Notes: generated by a model from the letters alone, not told the origin. A stretch of 63,591 nucleotides of DNA, filler included, from Myxococcota bacterium (GCA_023150835.1; 3 parts of 3 records of this genome joined end to end with filler, not necessarily neighbours in it); one strand, 5' to 3'; numbered from the whole stretch's first letter, positions 50,245 through 59,998 are shown. Program-made: numbers and translations.

Positions 50245-50487
50245 CATAGGCGTTAGGTGAAGCGGAGGAAAGCCCCCCACCCCGCCCTCCCCCGTGAACA
50301 GGGGAGGGAGCGAAAGTCGGAAGCATCGGGGATTTTGTTTTTTCATGACGCACGCTGTATGCACCAAATGCAGACGCTGCCTGCCCGTTCCAACTTCCCC
50401 CCGTTCACGGGGGGATTGAGGGGGGGAGAAAAAAAAAGGCGATCAAGACCGACTCTACGAGGTTTCCACCTTAACAAGGCGCGTATG
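50245..50487 (+). mobile_element. Family A MITE (243 bp), 11-bp TSD GGGTTTCACCC
   Basis: TSD at 50234-50244 and 50488-50498; inside a family B repeat. Confidence 0.93.
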
Positions 50488-50623
50488 GGGTTTCACCCCA
50501 CGCCCCACAAGGGACTATCGCCCCTTGACCCCGTATCGGCGAAGAGATCAGGCGTTTTTCAAAACAACGACGCTCTCGCTTGGAGGGCCGCGAACACGGG
50601 GTTTTTTCTCAGCATAGGACTCA

Positions 50624-50744
50624 TACGAAATCCACAGGGTGCGTGATCGCAAAACGTAGGGGCAGCCCCCTGTGGCTGCCCGAAAACAGGGCAGTTACAG
50701 CGGATCGCACCTACCCTTCGCGTACACATCTTTCGGATATCGTA
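50624..50744 (+). mobile_element. Family C miniature element
   Basis: TCA|TACGAAATCC...GGATATCGTA|TAA; internal GTAGGGGCAGCCCCCTGTGGCTGCCC. Confidence 0.7.
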
Positions 50745-50862
50745 TAAACCATCCGTTCCTCCTCAAACAATCAACCAACAAACCGTGCGAAGAGGTCTTC
50801 TTGCGGGTGCCACACTCGCTTTCCTCTTCTTCCCACCCATGCAGCCACCTGTCCCCCTCAGA

Positions 50863-51897
50863 TCAGCCTTCTTCCTTCGTCGCTGTGGGTTCTCCCACCG
50901 CTTGCGCTTGCAGCTTCGCTACCGCTTCCGCCGCCAGCCCCGTCACTTTCGTGATCTGCTCCATCCCCAGTCCCATCTCCAGCAGCCGCAACGCCATCTC
51001 CCGCTTTTCTTCTTCTCGTCCCTGCTGCAAACCCTGCTGCAAACCCTGCTGCAAACCCTGCTGCAAACCCTGCTGCAAGGCTTGTTGTTTCACATAATCG
51101 ATCAAAGGATTTTGTTCCAACCAACTCATCTTAATCTCCTCCAAAATCTCCGATATCGCAAAGACACGCGCAAAAAAGAACGCCGCCATCGCCAACAGAT
51201 CTTGCTTGCGATCTTCTTGCGCCTCACTTCCCATAATGGCCTCTGCAAGCCGTTTGATAAAGGGTTTTTTCGCACCTTTCATCAATGCCGCAAAAGGCAG
51301 CAGATACATCGGCGCTTCTTTGACGAACGCCTCCGCATCATATCCCCCCGGCAACCACACCTCTCTCCATCGCACCGAGGCGTGTAGCTCCCCCTGCAAC
51401 ACCATCGTTTCCTCGCACCTTCGCTGCCAAGCGCCCTCTGGCCAATACGACGGCGCATCCACACCCACCTGCCAGACAATGTGCATCACCGGTAACTTTT
51501 CCTTTTCATACAATCCCCAACCATACATCCCCAAACGCCGACCCATCCGAGGATTGTACGACGATTCAAACTCCAGATGTACCAAAAAGCTCTCTTCCTC
51601 CCCATCCTTCTGCGTCTTCACCCGATACACCCGATCCGTCAAACGATGCGTCATCTCCACTTCCCCGCCCACCGCTTCACACGACGCTATCCCCTCGATA
51701 CCCCCCAGATATCCCACCAGTTCCGCACCATACGCATCTGCCAACCGCTTCATCATCTCATCGAATGGCGTCCGCTCTTTCTTCTCCTCGCCCTCGCTCT
51801 TTCCTGCTTCTCCAACCTCGCTTTCTTCTTCAACCTCTCCCGTCTCTCCAACTTCTCTTGCTTCTGCACTCTCAACGCGCTTTCTGCTTTTTCTTTC
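50863..51897 (-). CDS. Rpn-like PD-(D/E)XK nuclease / putative transposase, 5' end cut by contig break
   Basis: PFDEMMK, TDRVYRV, VHLEFES, GLQQ repeats and C-terminal MALRLLEMGLGMEQITKVTGL; frame open up to the gap. Confidence 0.75.
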   Translation of the reverse strand, partial: ERKSRKRVESAEAREVGETGEVEEESEVGEAGKSEGEEKKERTPFDEMMKRLADAYGAELVGYLGGIEGIASCEAVGGEVEMTHRLTDRVYRVKTQKDGEEESFLVHLEFESSYNPRMGRRLGMYGWGLYEKEKLPVMHIVWQVGVDAPSYWPEGAWQRRCEETMVLQGELHASVRWREVWLPGGYDAEAFVKEAPMYLLPFAALMKGAKKPFIKRLAEAIMGSEAQEDRKQDLLAMAAFFFARVFAISEILEEIKMSWLEQNPLIDYVKQQALQQGLQQGLQQGLQQGLQQGREEEKREMALRLLEMGLGMEQITKVTGLAAEAVAKLQAQAVGEPTATKEEG

Positions 51898-51898
51898 T

Positions 51899-51998
51899 NN
51901 NNNNNNNNNNNNNNNNNNNNNNNNNNNNNNNNNNNNNNNNNNTTAATTAATTAANNNNNNNNNNNNNNNNNNNNNNNNNNNNNNNNNNNNNNNNNNNN
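51899..51998. other. Artificial contig-joining linker
   Basis: 44 N + TTAATTAATTAA + 44 N. Confidence 0.97.
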
Positions 51999-52136
51999 GC
52001 TGGCAAGATACGAAAGGAGACGGAAAGATCGGATGGCAGAAGCTGTGGGAAGGTTACGAGCAATTTCTCGACATCCTCCAAGGATGGGAAATGTCAAAAA
52101 CATCAAGTGCATAGAAAAGAAGTGTCCAAGAGAAAG
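51999..52136 (+). mobile_element. 3' end of IS4-family (IS50/Tn5-like) insertion sequence
   Basis: 52001-52114 reads WQDTKGDGKIGWQKLWEGYEQFLDILQGWEMSKTSSA*, like the Tn5 transposase C-terminus; the end (reverse strand CTTTCTCTTGGACACTT) resembles the Tn5 end CTGACTCTTATACAC. Confidence 0.8.
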
Positions 52137-52747
52137 CCCCAAGGGAGGTTGGGGTTAAAGATCACGTCGCCATCGCTGAGATCGCCTTGGGAGTTGATGG
52201 GGATAGGGCGCGCAAAGGCCAGAGTTGAACTGCCTGCACCAAACTGCGCCCACTCCGCTTGGGTGGGAAAATACAGCACCACACTGCCGTCGCGTGTCGA
52301 AGGGGCGAGGTTGGTGCGGATACCGCCGTAGGTTGCTTTGAACGAAGTACAGGTGGGTTTGCTCCACGCATCGACGGCTTCTTGGAGCGCGGTGGCGAAC
52401 TGTGCCTCGGTGCGGCGCTGAAATCCGCCCGGTCGGTTGTTGGGGTTCCAATACCATGTCAGCGGAATGGTCTTCCATTTGTAGGCTGCGCCGCCCGAAC
52501 AAGCGTTGCGGTTGGCACAATCGGGGACGCTGTTGTATCCGTTGGCTCGTGGGTTGGCGGGGTCACAACAAGCACCCGCTCCTCCGGCGTTTCCAACGGT
52601 GGAGTCGCAACGGTTGCCTTTTTCTGCGCAGCGTCCGTTATAAACGAGAGGGTTCCATGCGAAAACATCGGTAGGAAGGACAAAAGTCGACACCAACAAG
52701 ATCGCGGCCATCTGCAACGAGCGGTGTGCGGTGGTTCGTTTGGTCAT
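52137..52747 (-). pseudogene. Secreted matrixin-like metalloprotease gene truncated by IS insertion
   Basis: Signal peptide, KW, AVDAWS, TLAFA, DGDVIFNPNLPWG, then abrupt switch to IS sequence before any HExxH. Confidence 0.7.
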
Positions 52748-52778
52748 AATTGAGGGTCTCCTGTGGGATCCGCGTTGC

Positions 52779-53606
52779 TTAGGGATGCGTGTGTTTGTGG
52801 GGGGTGGATCGGGGGGCTTGTTTTGGGGCGATCTTGGGGATCTGTTGAACACCTTTGGGCAGAGGGTGTCGGGTGTTGAGCTTGATCGCTGGTGGGAGGA
52901 TCTTGAGTGTCGGCAGCGGCAAGACTTTGACTTGCTGGAAGTCTTGCCAATGTTGACGCATCCGGCTTTTCAGGACGCGCAGGCTGGTAAGTGCGGTGAT
53001 ATCTTTGATCTGTGCTTGGGGGGTCGGATAGGCCGAGAGCTTGTGGTAACTTCGCGCAACGATGGGTTCGGCTGAAAAGGTGGCACCTGTGGGAGGGCGC
53101 AAGATGTGCCACTGGCCTTGGGTCCAACCAACAAGCAGATACTCGTTGGCAGGGAGATAGCGGCTCGCCTCCAAGACGGCGATCACTTCTTGGCCGACTT
53201 CAAAGTGCGGGCTGTTGGGCATCACCACTTTTACATCGCCGATCTGGCCGCCGTAATGACGGATCACCACTTCCTTGGGGGCTTTGCGACCGACGACTTC
53301 TTCTTGGACAGCAAGCGTCACCAATGTCACCACGCCCATCTTGCGCGGAGCCCACACATAACGTTTTGCCGTCACACGGCCTTGCACGATCAACGTCGAC
53401 TTGGCGACGACTTCTTTCTCACTGAGCTTGATCAGCGAGAGCGCGTGGGCGTCTTGCATCGAACCCGCCAACAGCACAAAAGCGAGACACGTCCATAGAT
53501 AGCCCAACCACGGGTGCTGGGGGGATGTTTCTTTTTGGAAAGATCGAAGGGAAAGGATACAACGCTGATCTGCATATCCTTTGCTCATCCGTTTGCTGCC
53601 TTGCAT
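52779..53606 (-). CDS. Hypothetical secreted protein upstream of matrixin-like gene
   Basis: AGGAG RBS, signal-like segment ending AHA, STLIVQGRV...GGQIG...F.VGQEV pattern. Confidence 0.75.
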   Translation of the reverse strand: MQGSKRMSKGYADQRCILSLRSFQKETSPQHPWLGYLWTCLAFVLLAGSMQDAHALSLIKLSEKEVVAKSTLIVQGRVTAKRYVWAPRKMGVVTLVTLAVQEEVVGRKAPKEVVIRHYGGQIGDVKVVMPNSPHFEVGQEVIAVLEASRYLPANEYLLVGWTQGQWHILRPPTGATFSAEPIVARSYHKLSAYPTPQAQIKDITALTSLRVLKSRMRQHWQDFQQVKVLPLPTLKILPPAIKLNTRHPLPKGVQQIPKIAPKQAPRSTPHKHTHP

Positions 53607-53789
53607 TCTCTATCTCCTGTTGAGTCCTAGGCTTTGTGGAACTTGAAAACGATGAAGTTTCCAGAAAAGACGGGAGCTTACTTGTAGCAGAAAGGTCTTG
53701 GCTTTTTGCGTTCGTTTTTGGAACCGACGAGGGGCTTGTCGAAAAGGCGGGAAACGCGGGACGTGGGCGCGAAAAGGCATCCGATGCGC

Positions 53790-55271
53790 TCAAGCCAAAC
53801 GCACGACTTTGTGCCAAAGCGAAAGGCGATCTTGCACGATGGCAGCATCCATCTTCGGAGAAAATGTGCGGTCTTCTTTCCAAGTCTCCCGAATCTCCTC
53901 TGTCGAAGACCACAGCCCTGCCCCCAATCCCGCAAGAAAAGCCGCACCAAGAGCCGTCGTTTCAAGCATTTGTGGACGCACGATCGGCGCTTGCAAAAGA
54001 TCCGATTGAAACTGCATCATCAAGTTGTTTTGCGAAGCTCCCCCATCCACCTTCAGTCCAGTAATCGGTTTGCCCAAGTCCGAGGCCATCGCCGTCAAGA
54101 CATCGTGCGTCATAAAGGCGATGCCTTCGAGCGTTGCGCGTGCAAGATGCGCTGTGTTGGTTCCGCGTGTAATCCCCCAGATCAAACCCCGCGCATCAGG
54201 ATTCCAATACGGCGCACCAAGCCCCGTCAAGGCCGGCACAAAGATCACACCCCCGCTGTCTTCCACCGAGGCCGCAAGCTCCTCACTTTCGGGACTTTTG
54301 GGAATGAACTTCATCTGATCGCGTAGCCATTGCACCGCAGCACCCGCAATAAACACACTCCCTTCAAGCGCGTACTGCGCGGCCTGCCCTTGGATCTGCC
54401 ATGCCACCGTCGTCAGTAGCCCATGTTCCGAAGGGATCGGCTTGTTCCCTGTGTTGACCAGCAAAAATGCTCCCGTTCCGTATGTGCATTTTGCATCCCC
54501 CACCGAAAAACAAGCCTGACCAAACAACGCCGATTGCTGATCGCCTGCCATCCCCGCGATCGGAATGCCCGATGGCAACGCACCTTCCGCAACGGTATGA
54601 CCATAGATCTCCGCGCTGCTGCGGATACTCGGCAACATCTTCATCGGTACACGCAGTGGACCGCACAGATCTTCCGACCATTCAAGCGTATGCAGATCCA
54701 TCAACAGCGTCCGTGATGCGTTGCTCACATCCGTCACAAAGCTCCCCCCGCCCGTCAGTCGCCACACCAGATAGGTGTCGATCGTACCAAAGCAAAGCTC
54801 GCCCTGTTCGGCCTTGGCGCGTGCGCCTTCCACATTGTCCAAGATCCAGCGCACCTTGGTCCCCGAAAAATAAGGATCCAACACAAGACCCGTTTTTTCC
54901 CGATAACGCGGCTCCAATCCCGCTTCTTTGAGTTCTCGACACAAGTCCGTTGTGCGGCGACATTGCCAGACGATCGCGTTGTAGATCGGCTTGTGCGTCT
55001 TGCGATCCCAGACCACCGTCGTCTCCCGTTGGTTGGTGATCCCGATCGCTCCGATCTGATCGCCTCCCACTCCTGCCTCTTCTAAACACGCTTTGATCGC
55101 CTGTTGCACCGATCGCCAGATCGCTTCGGGATCATGCTCCACCCAGCCCGGCCTCGGATAGATCTGCGCGTACTCGCAATTCGCCCGACCTTTGACCTCC
55201 AACGCCCGATCCAAAAGCATCACTGTACTGCCCGTCGTCCCTTGATCGATCGACATCACATAACCCGCCAT
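53790..55271 (-). CDS. glpK: Glycerol kinase
   Basis: IDQGTT, GITNQRETT, IVWQCRR, DPYFSGTK, GDQQSALFGQ, KCTYGTG, DGGA. Confidence 0.96.
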   Translation of the reverse strand: MAGYVMSIDQGTTGSTVMLLDRALEVKGRANCEYAQIYPRPGWVEHDPEAIWRSVQQAIKACLEEAGVGGDQIGAIGITNQRETTVVWDRKTHKPIYNAIVWQCRRTTDLCRELKEAGLEPRYREKTGLVLDPYFSGTKVRWILDNVEGARAKAEQGELCFGTIDTYLVWRLTGGGSFVTDVSNASRTLLMDLHTLEWSEDLCGPLRVPMKMLPSIRSSAEIYGHTVAEGALPSGIPIAGMAGDQQSALFGQACFSVGDAKCTYGTGAFLLVNTGNKPIPSEHGLLTTVAWQIQGQAAQYALEGSVFIAGAAVQWLRDQMKFIPKSPESEELAASVEDSGGVIFVPALTGLGAPYWNPDARGLIWGITRGTNTAHLARATLEGIAFMTHDVLTAMASDLGKPITGLKVDGGASQNNLMMQFQSDLLQAPIVRPQMLETTALGAAFLAGLGAGLWSSTEEIRETWKEDRTFSPKMDAAIVQDRLSLWHKVVRLA

Positions 55272-55444
55272 CCGCTTTCTCCTCAGATGATGCTTGCGTC
55301 GCTTCTTTTGCCCTTTGTTCGGCTCTTTTCGCGACGGGTGACTCGTTCTCTTCTTCCTCAACAAAAACGCACTATACAAACCCCCTTCTATCAAGGGAAG
55401 GCCCATCCCTCCTGCCCCCCCTTTCGTGACCCTGATTTCTTTCC

Positions 55445-55512
55445 TTGACAAACCTCTTTCTTTCTTTTATTTGATGACCATGTTCATCGAGTGTGTTCAA
55501 TGAGCTTGTTCA
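55445..55512 (+). promoter_or_regulatory. Promoter with three tandem TGA-N6-TCA operator boxes
   Basis: TTGACA at 55445; boxes TGACCATGTTCA 55475, CGAGTGTGTTCA 55488, TGAGCTTGTTCA 55501 (13-bp period). Confidence 0.75.
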
Positions 55513-55562
55513 CTAAGAAATGAGACGGGGATCTCCGAGCGGAAGAGAAGGCGGGTAAAGAC

Positions 55563-58094
55563 ATGGCGGTGCATTGGTTTGGAGACGAAGAGACGAAGGA
55601 ACTGAGTTTGGTGGGAGGGAAGGGCTGGAATCTGGGCGAGATGTATCGTGCAGGATTTCCAGTACCGAAGGGTTTTTGTGTGAGCGCAAAAGCGTATGAG
55701 CGTGTGTTAAAGATGCCGAGGATGTGGGAGCAGATCAGCGAGTATTTGGAGAAGATGAAAGGAGCGGATATCACGGCGAAACAGGTGTATGCGGAGCAGA
55801 TACGTTCGTTGTGGTGGGAAGTGGAGATCCCGACAGATATCGCACAGGCTGTAAGCGAGGCTTACGAAGCGTTGGGGGGAGAGCGGTTGGTGGCGGTGCG
55901 GTCTTCGGCGACGGCGGAGGATCTGCCTGAGGCGAGCTTTGCGGGCCAACAGGAGACCTTTTTGGGGGTGAGAGGGCAAGAGTCGTTGTTGTCGAAGGTG
56001 CGGTCTTGTTGGTCTTCGTTGTGGGCGCTGCGTTCGATGGATTACCGAGAGCGACAAGGTTTTCCACATGAGAGCGTGCGGCTGTCGGTGGTTGTGCAGG
56101 AGATGATCTCGCCCGATGTTGCGGGAGTGTTGTTTACGGTAAATCCGTTGAATGGGCAGCCACAGCAGATGCTGTTGAATGCGTCGTATGGACTTGGAGA
56201 GACGGTGGTTTCGGGGCGGGTGACACCGGATACATACACGTTGCACAAGGGCGAGCCGTTGCGTGTGATCGAACGTGTGTTGGGTGAGAAGGCCGAGCGT
56301 TTGGATATGTTGCCTGAGAGCGGAACGGTGGCAACGCCCGTGGATGCGGAGGCAAGGGGCCGCTTTTCTTTGAGCGAGGGTGCGTTGCAAAAGCTGGTGC
56401 AGCTCGGGATGCGGGTGGAAGGGCATTACAGCGCGCCACAAGATATCGAGTGGGGTGTGGTGGGAGAGGACGTGTTTTTGTTGCAAACGCGGCCGATCAC
56501 GACGCTTGCGCAGATCCCGCCGTCTGTGGAGGTGAGACCCACGAAGAAACTATCTTCTCTTCAATCACGGATCTTGGACGATATCTTGGAGCATTTTCCT
56601 GACGCTCCGTATCCCTTGGATCATGCGTCGGTGGTCGATACGTATCAGCAATTCTTGGATGCGACGCGGGCTTTGGGGATCACCATGACCGAGGCCAAGC
56701 AGATGATCCGTATGGACGAGGAGGGTCGGCCTTTTGTGGAGATCGGGCGGATGGGGGCGAATCTGCGGTTGTTGGGGTTGCCGTGGATTGTTTGGCGCAA
56801 GATGCGGCGAGATCCGTCGTTGTGGAGAACAGCCGAAGAAGAAGGGGTTGCGCTGCGTTTGCAAGCGCTTGGAGAAGTGGATCTCGATCCTCTCGATGAC
56901 AAGGGACTTGTGGAGCATACAAAACAAGCGAATGCTTTGGCTTCGGCGGTGGGCAAGACGCGCTTTGCGGACTACATCTATCCAGCGATCTTGCGCTCTG
57001 TTTGGCTCAAGCTGTTGATGCGTTTGGCGGGGCAGCGCGGAGCAGAGAGCTTTGATCTGTTGGGCGATCTCTCCTTCAAGACCGCAGAGATCCATCATGC
57101 TTTGTCCGAAATGGCGAAGACAGCGCGGCGCGTCCCTTCGGTGGCGGCTTGGTTTCGTGAGGCGACGCCTCCGCTGCGTCTGGAGGATGTCGCACAAAAT
57201 CCCGAAGCATCGGCGTTTGTGACCGAGTTTGGTGCATTTTTGAAGCGCTACGGAGCGCGCACAAACAAGGTGTATCTGCCTTTTTCCAATCTTTCGTGGG
57301 GTGAACAGCCTTCGGCGCTGCTTGCGACGCTTGCGGTGATGGTGCGTTCTTCCGAAGCAGAACAAGACGAAGAGGCCCAACGCATCGAGCGATATCGCCA
57401 GCTTGTGCAACGGATCACGGCGAAGTTGCCGTGGTTGTTGAGGCGGTCTTTTACGCGGACGCTGGAGCGTTTTCGTGAAGGGCATATCGCACGAGAAGCC
57501 ACGTTGTTTGCGATCGAAGGGGCTTTTGTGCAGGCGCGGCGCGGGGTGTATGCTTTGGCGCAGCGCTTTGTTGCACGAGGTCTGCTGCAAGACGCAAACG
57601 ATGTGCGCTATCTTACACTCGAAGAGATCGAGGGGGGCGTTGACAAAAAGCTCGAACCAGAAGCGATCAAGGCGAGGGTTGCGTCACGGAAAAAAGCGCG
57701 TCGAACAGCGCAGTCCTTTTGGCAAGCAAGGCCCATCCTCTCAGGAAGCTCCGAAAAAGGCGTATACAAGGGCATTGCAGGAAGCCCGGGCCAAGCGACA
57801 GGAACGGTTTGTGTGGTGATGGGTGTCGATGCGTTTTTTAAGCTGCAAGAAGGGGATATCTTGGTCTGCCCTTACACAGATCCAACATGGACGCCGCTGT
57901 TTGCGATGGCGTCAGCGGTTGTGGCCGACACAGGCGGGCCTCTTTCACACGCCGCGATTGTTGCGCGAGAGTACCAGATCCCCGCTGTCTTGGGTTTGTC
58001 CAACGCCACCACGATCTTCCAAGATGGGATGCGCGTCTCTGTGGACGGAACAACGGGCCTCGTGCGCATCTTGGCGCAAGTGTCCGAGGCGTAG
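55563..58094 (+). CDS. PEP-synthase-like small-molecule phosphotransferase (rifampin phosphotransferase architecture)
   Basis: VGGKG, VAVRSSATAEDL..ASFAGQ, DIEW, LQTRPIT; C-terminal swivel domain GGPLSHAAIVAREY. Confidence 0.88.
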   Translation: MAVHWFGDEETKELSLVGGKGWNLGEMYRAGFPVPKGFCVSAKAYERVLKMPRMWEQISEYLEKMKGADITAKQVYAEQIRSLWWEVEIPTDIAQAVSEAYEALGGERLVAVRSSATAEDLPEASFAGQQETFLGVRGQESLLSKVRSCWSSLWALRSMDYRERQGFPHESVRLSVVVQEMISPDVAGVLFTVNPLNGQPQQMLLNASYGLGETVVSGRVTPDTYTLHKGEPLRVIERVLGEKAERLDMLPESGTVATPVDAEARGRFSLSEGALQKLVQLGMRVEGHYSAPQDIEWGVVGEDVFLLQTRPITTLAQIPPSVEVRPTKKLSSLQSRILDDILEHFPDAPYPLDHASVVDTYQQFLDATRALGITMTEAKQMIRMDEEGRPFVEIGRMGANLRLLGLPWIVWRKMRRDPSLWRTAEEEGVALRLQALGEVDLDPLDDKGLVEHTKQANALASAVGKTRFADYIYPAILRSVWLKLLMRLAGQRGAESFDLLGDLSFKTAEIHHALSEMAKTARRVPSVAAWFREATPPLRLEDVAQNPEASAFVTEFGAFLKRYGARTNKVYLPFSNLSWGEQPSALLATLAVMVRSSEAEQDEEAQRIERYRQLVQRITAKLPWLLRRSFTRTLERFREGHIAREATLFAIEGAFVQARRGVYALAQRFVARGLLQDANDVRYLTLEEIEGGVDKKLEPEAIKARVASRKKARRTAQSFWQARPILSGSSEKGVYKGIAGSPGQATGTVCVVMGVDAFFKLQEGDILVCPYTDPTWTPLFAMASAVVADTGGPLSHAAIVAREYQIPAVLGLSNATTIFQDGMRVSVDGTTGLVRILAQVSEA

Positions 58095-58194
58095 CGTTAT
58101 TTCGCCGTTGTTGTGTGTTGCGGATGAGCCGAGGTGATCGATGTGAAGTGTGCTGTGGCCTTTGTTGTTTGTTGCGGATGAACCGAGGTGATCG

Positions 58195-58857
58195 ATGTTA
58201 AGCGTGCTGTGGCCTTCGTTGTTTGTTGCGTTGAGCGGATCGTTGTCTGTGGGATCGATCTTGATCGTGCTGTTGTTGTTGAGCAGCCAGCGCGGGGCGT
58301 GGGTTGCTTCTTCGTATGTTTTCGGATACTGCGCGGGATATCTTAGCTTGGGCGGAGTTCTCTGGCTCGCAAGTCAACGCACTGCCGCGCTTTCCGTTTC
58401 CAAAACCGTCTCATCCAGCGTGTTGATCGGCTTGGGCGGGCTGTTGTTGTTCTTTGCCTTCCGTTCGTGGAAAAAAGAGGCATCCGAAGAAAAACCGAGC
58501 TTTTTTTCTTTTTTTGATGCGATCTCTCCCCAAAAATCTGCTTTCTTTGGGTTTCTTGTGGCATTACTCAATGTCAAAAATCTGGCTCTTTTTTTGTCCT
58601 CACTTTCTTTTTTGCTTGCAAGTCATCTTGCGATCAACGAAGGGCTTGTTGTCTTGTTTTCGATCGTCCTTGTTTTTTGTTTTGGAGTGTATTTACCGCT
58701 GTTTGTGTACCTACTTTTTCCTAAGCGCTCTGCTGCTTTTTTGGCGTGGATGCGTTGGTGGCTTGAGGCCAAAAAGCGCGCCTTGTCGATCGGCGTGTTG
58801 CTCTTCTTTGGAGTGATCTTTTCGGGTCGTGGCTTACTGTTTTTTTTGAGGGGATGA
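58195..58857 (+). CDS. GAP/Sap-family (LysE superfamily) membrane protein
   Basis: 6 TM segments, LLLLSS.RG and NVKNL motifs. Confidence 0.7.
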   Translation: MLSVLWPSLFVALSGSLSVGSILIVLLLLSSQRGAWVASSYVFGYCAGYLSLGGVLWLASQRTAALSVSKTVSSSVLIGLGGLLLFFAFRSWKKEASEEKPSFFSFFDAISPQKSAFFGFLVALLNVKNLALFLSSLSFLLASHLAINEGLVVLFSIVLVFCFGVYLPLFVYLLFPKRSAAFLAWMRWWLEAKKRALSIGVLLFFGVIFSGRGLLFFLRG

Positions 58858-58913
58858 TAATACAGGCGGATCTCGTATGACGGGCGGGGATGATACAACA
58901 GGCGGATCTCATA

Positions 58914-59396
58914 TTATGGGCGGGGAGAGGTGACACGAGAAAAGAGCAAGGGTTGTTTTTTTCCCGTGTCATCGCTTGCACAGACGATCTTTTCTTTGCT
59001 CCAAGAACACAGCGAGATCGCGGCTTCTGTTTTTCCTTGAGGTGTGAGTGTGAGCTTCAATCGGCCTTCCACAAATCGCCATTCGCCCCGATCGACCTGT
59101 GTTTCTACATGGCCTTTGATCAACGGATTGATCATCGCCATCTTCATCTCTGCCGAACCATCGGAGCGTAGCACCAAGATCACACCCATGCGCCCCAACA
59201 TCGCTCTCTGGAATTGCGCGAATTGCGCTTTTTCTTTCGGAAGCCCTGCGACTTCTTCGCGGGCGACTTGTTTCATCGCACTCTCTTCGAGCCGGTACTC
59301 TCCCGCCACTTCACTGGCTTTGCAGCCTGTGCCGATCAACAAAAGCGCCGTCCATCCGAGCGTTCCCGCGAGTTTTCGCACACCATACCAATCCAT
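58914..59396 (-). CDS. Hypothetical lipoprotein
   Basis: GTGC lipobox; similar to neighbouring gene. Confidence 0.75.
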   Translation of the reverse strand: MDWYGVRKLAGTLGWTALLLIGTGCKASEVAGEYRLEESAMKQVAREEVAGLPKEKAQFAQFQRAMLGRMGVILVLRSDGSAEMKMAMINPLIKGHVETQVDRGEWRFVEGRLKLTLTPQGKTEAAISLCSWSKEKIVCASDDTGKKQPLLFSRVTSPRP

Positions 59397-59409
59397 CTTT
59401 TTTCTCCAT

Positions 59410-59886
59410 CTATTTTTTGCGACGCCGAAAATAAAGCTGCGGGATGCCTTTGGCGTCTTTGCAGTTCAGGTGCTCGCCTTCTCGCAAGCAAAACAGCGTT
59501 TTTTTGCCGCGTTTGTCTTTGGGCGGGCCGATCACGAGGTGCGCACCGTCGATCTTCCATTCCATCTCGTCGGTCTTGCTTTTTGGTTTTTCTGTAAACG
59601 GGTTGACGGCTTTGGATTCAAGGATCGCGACTTTCTTCGGAGAGAAGCGCAAAGTCAGTTTGACGCGCATCTTTTGGATGGAGGCGATCATGCGCTTGAT
59701 CATCGGTTGCGCATTCGCTGGCAGCTTTGCAAAACGTGGCTTGAGTGTTTCCAAAAGCCGCTCTCTGTCTAGCGTATAACGCTCTTCTTTTTGATCGCTC
59801 GGTGCTTTGGGCTTTGTTTTGTTGTCTCCGCCGTTCCACAAAAACGGAACGAATGCCAACAAGATCAAACACTCACGCAAACGCAT
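59410..59886 (-). CDS. Hypothetical secreted protein, paralogue of 58914-59396
   Basis: AAGGAG RBS before ATG 59886; shared YxL..NP..D..EW..C..C pattern. Confidence 0.75.
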   Translation of the reverse strand: MRLRECLILLAFVPFLWNGGDNKTKPKAPSDQKEERYTLDRERLLETLKPRFAKLPANAQPMIKRMIASIQKMRVKLTLRFSPKKVAILESKAVNPFTEKPKSKTDEMEWKIDGAHLVIGPPKDKRGKKTLFCLREGEHLNCKDAKGIPQLYFRRRKK

Positions 59887-59998
59887 TCTCAACTCCTTCG
59901 GGGTATTCGACTTTTCCCTTGCCTTTGCTTTGTACCGCCGTGACGCGGACGACTCTCTGTTGTGCGGCCTTTTGCAAGATGCACAAACAAGCCCTTCT

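Noticed and set aside
50257-50646. Small ORFs such as MRHEKTKSP.. and MKRRKAPHP.. recurring in the ORF track
   Set aside because: They are translations of the non-coding family A MITE.
50863-52136. Rpn-like gene and IS fragment as one element, or this IS as mobiliser of family A
   Set aside because: They are on different contigs, and the IS end (CTTTCTCTT) differs from the MITE CAT ends.
55563-58094. Annotation as ppsA or as a confirmed rph resistance gene
   Set aside because: Domain order excludes PEP synthase, and rifamycin specificity cannot be established by eye.
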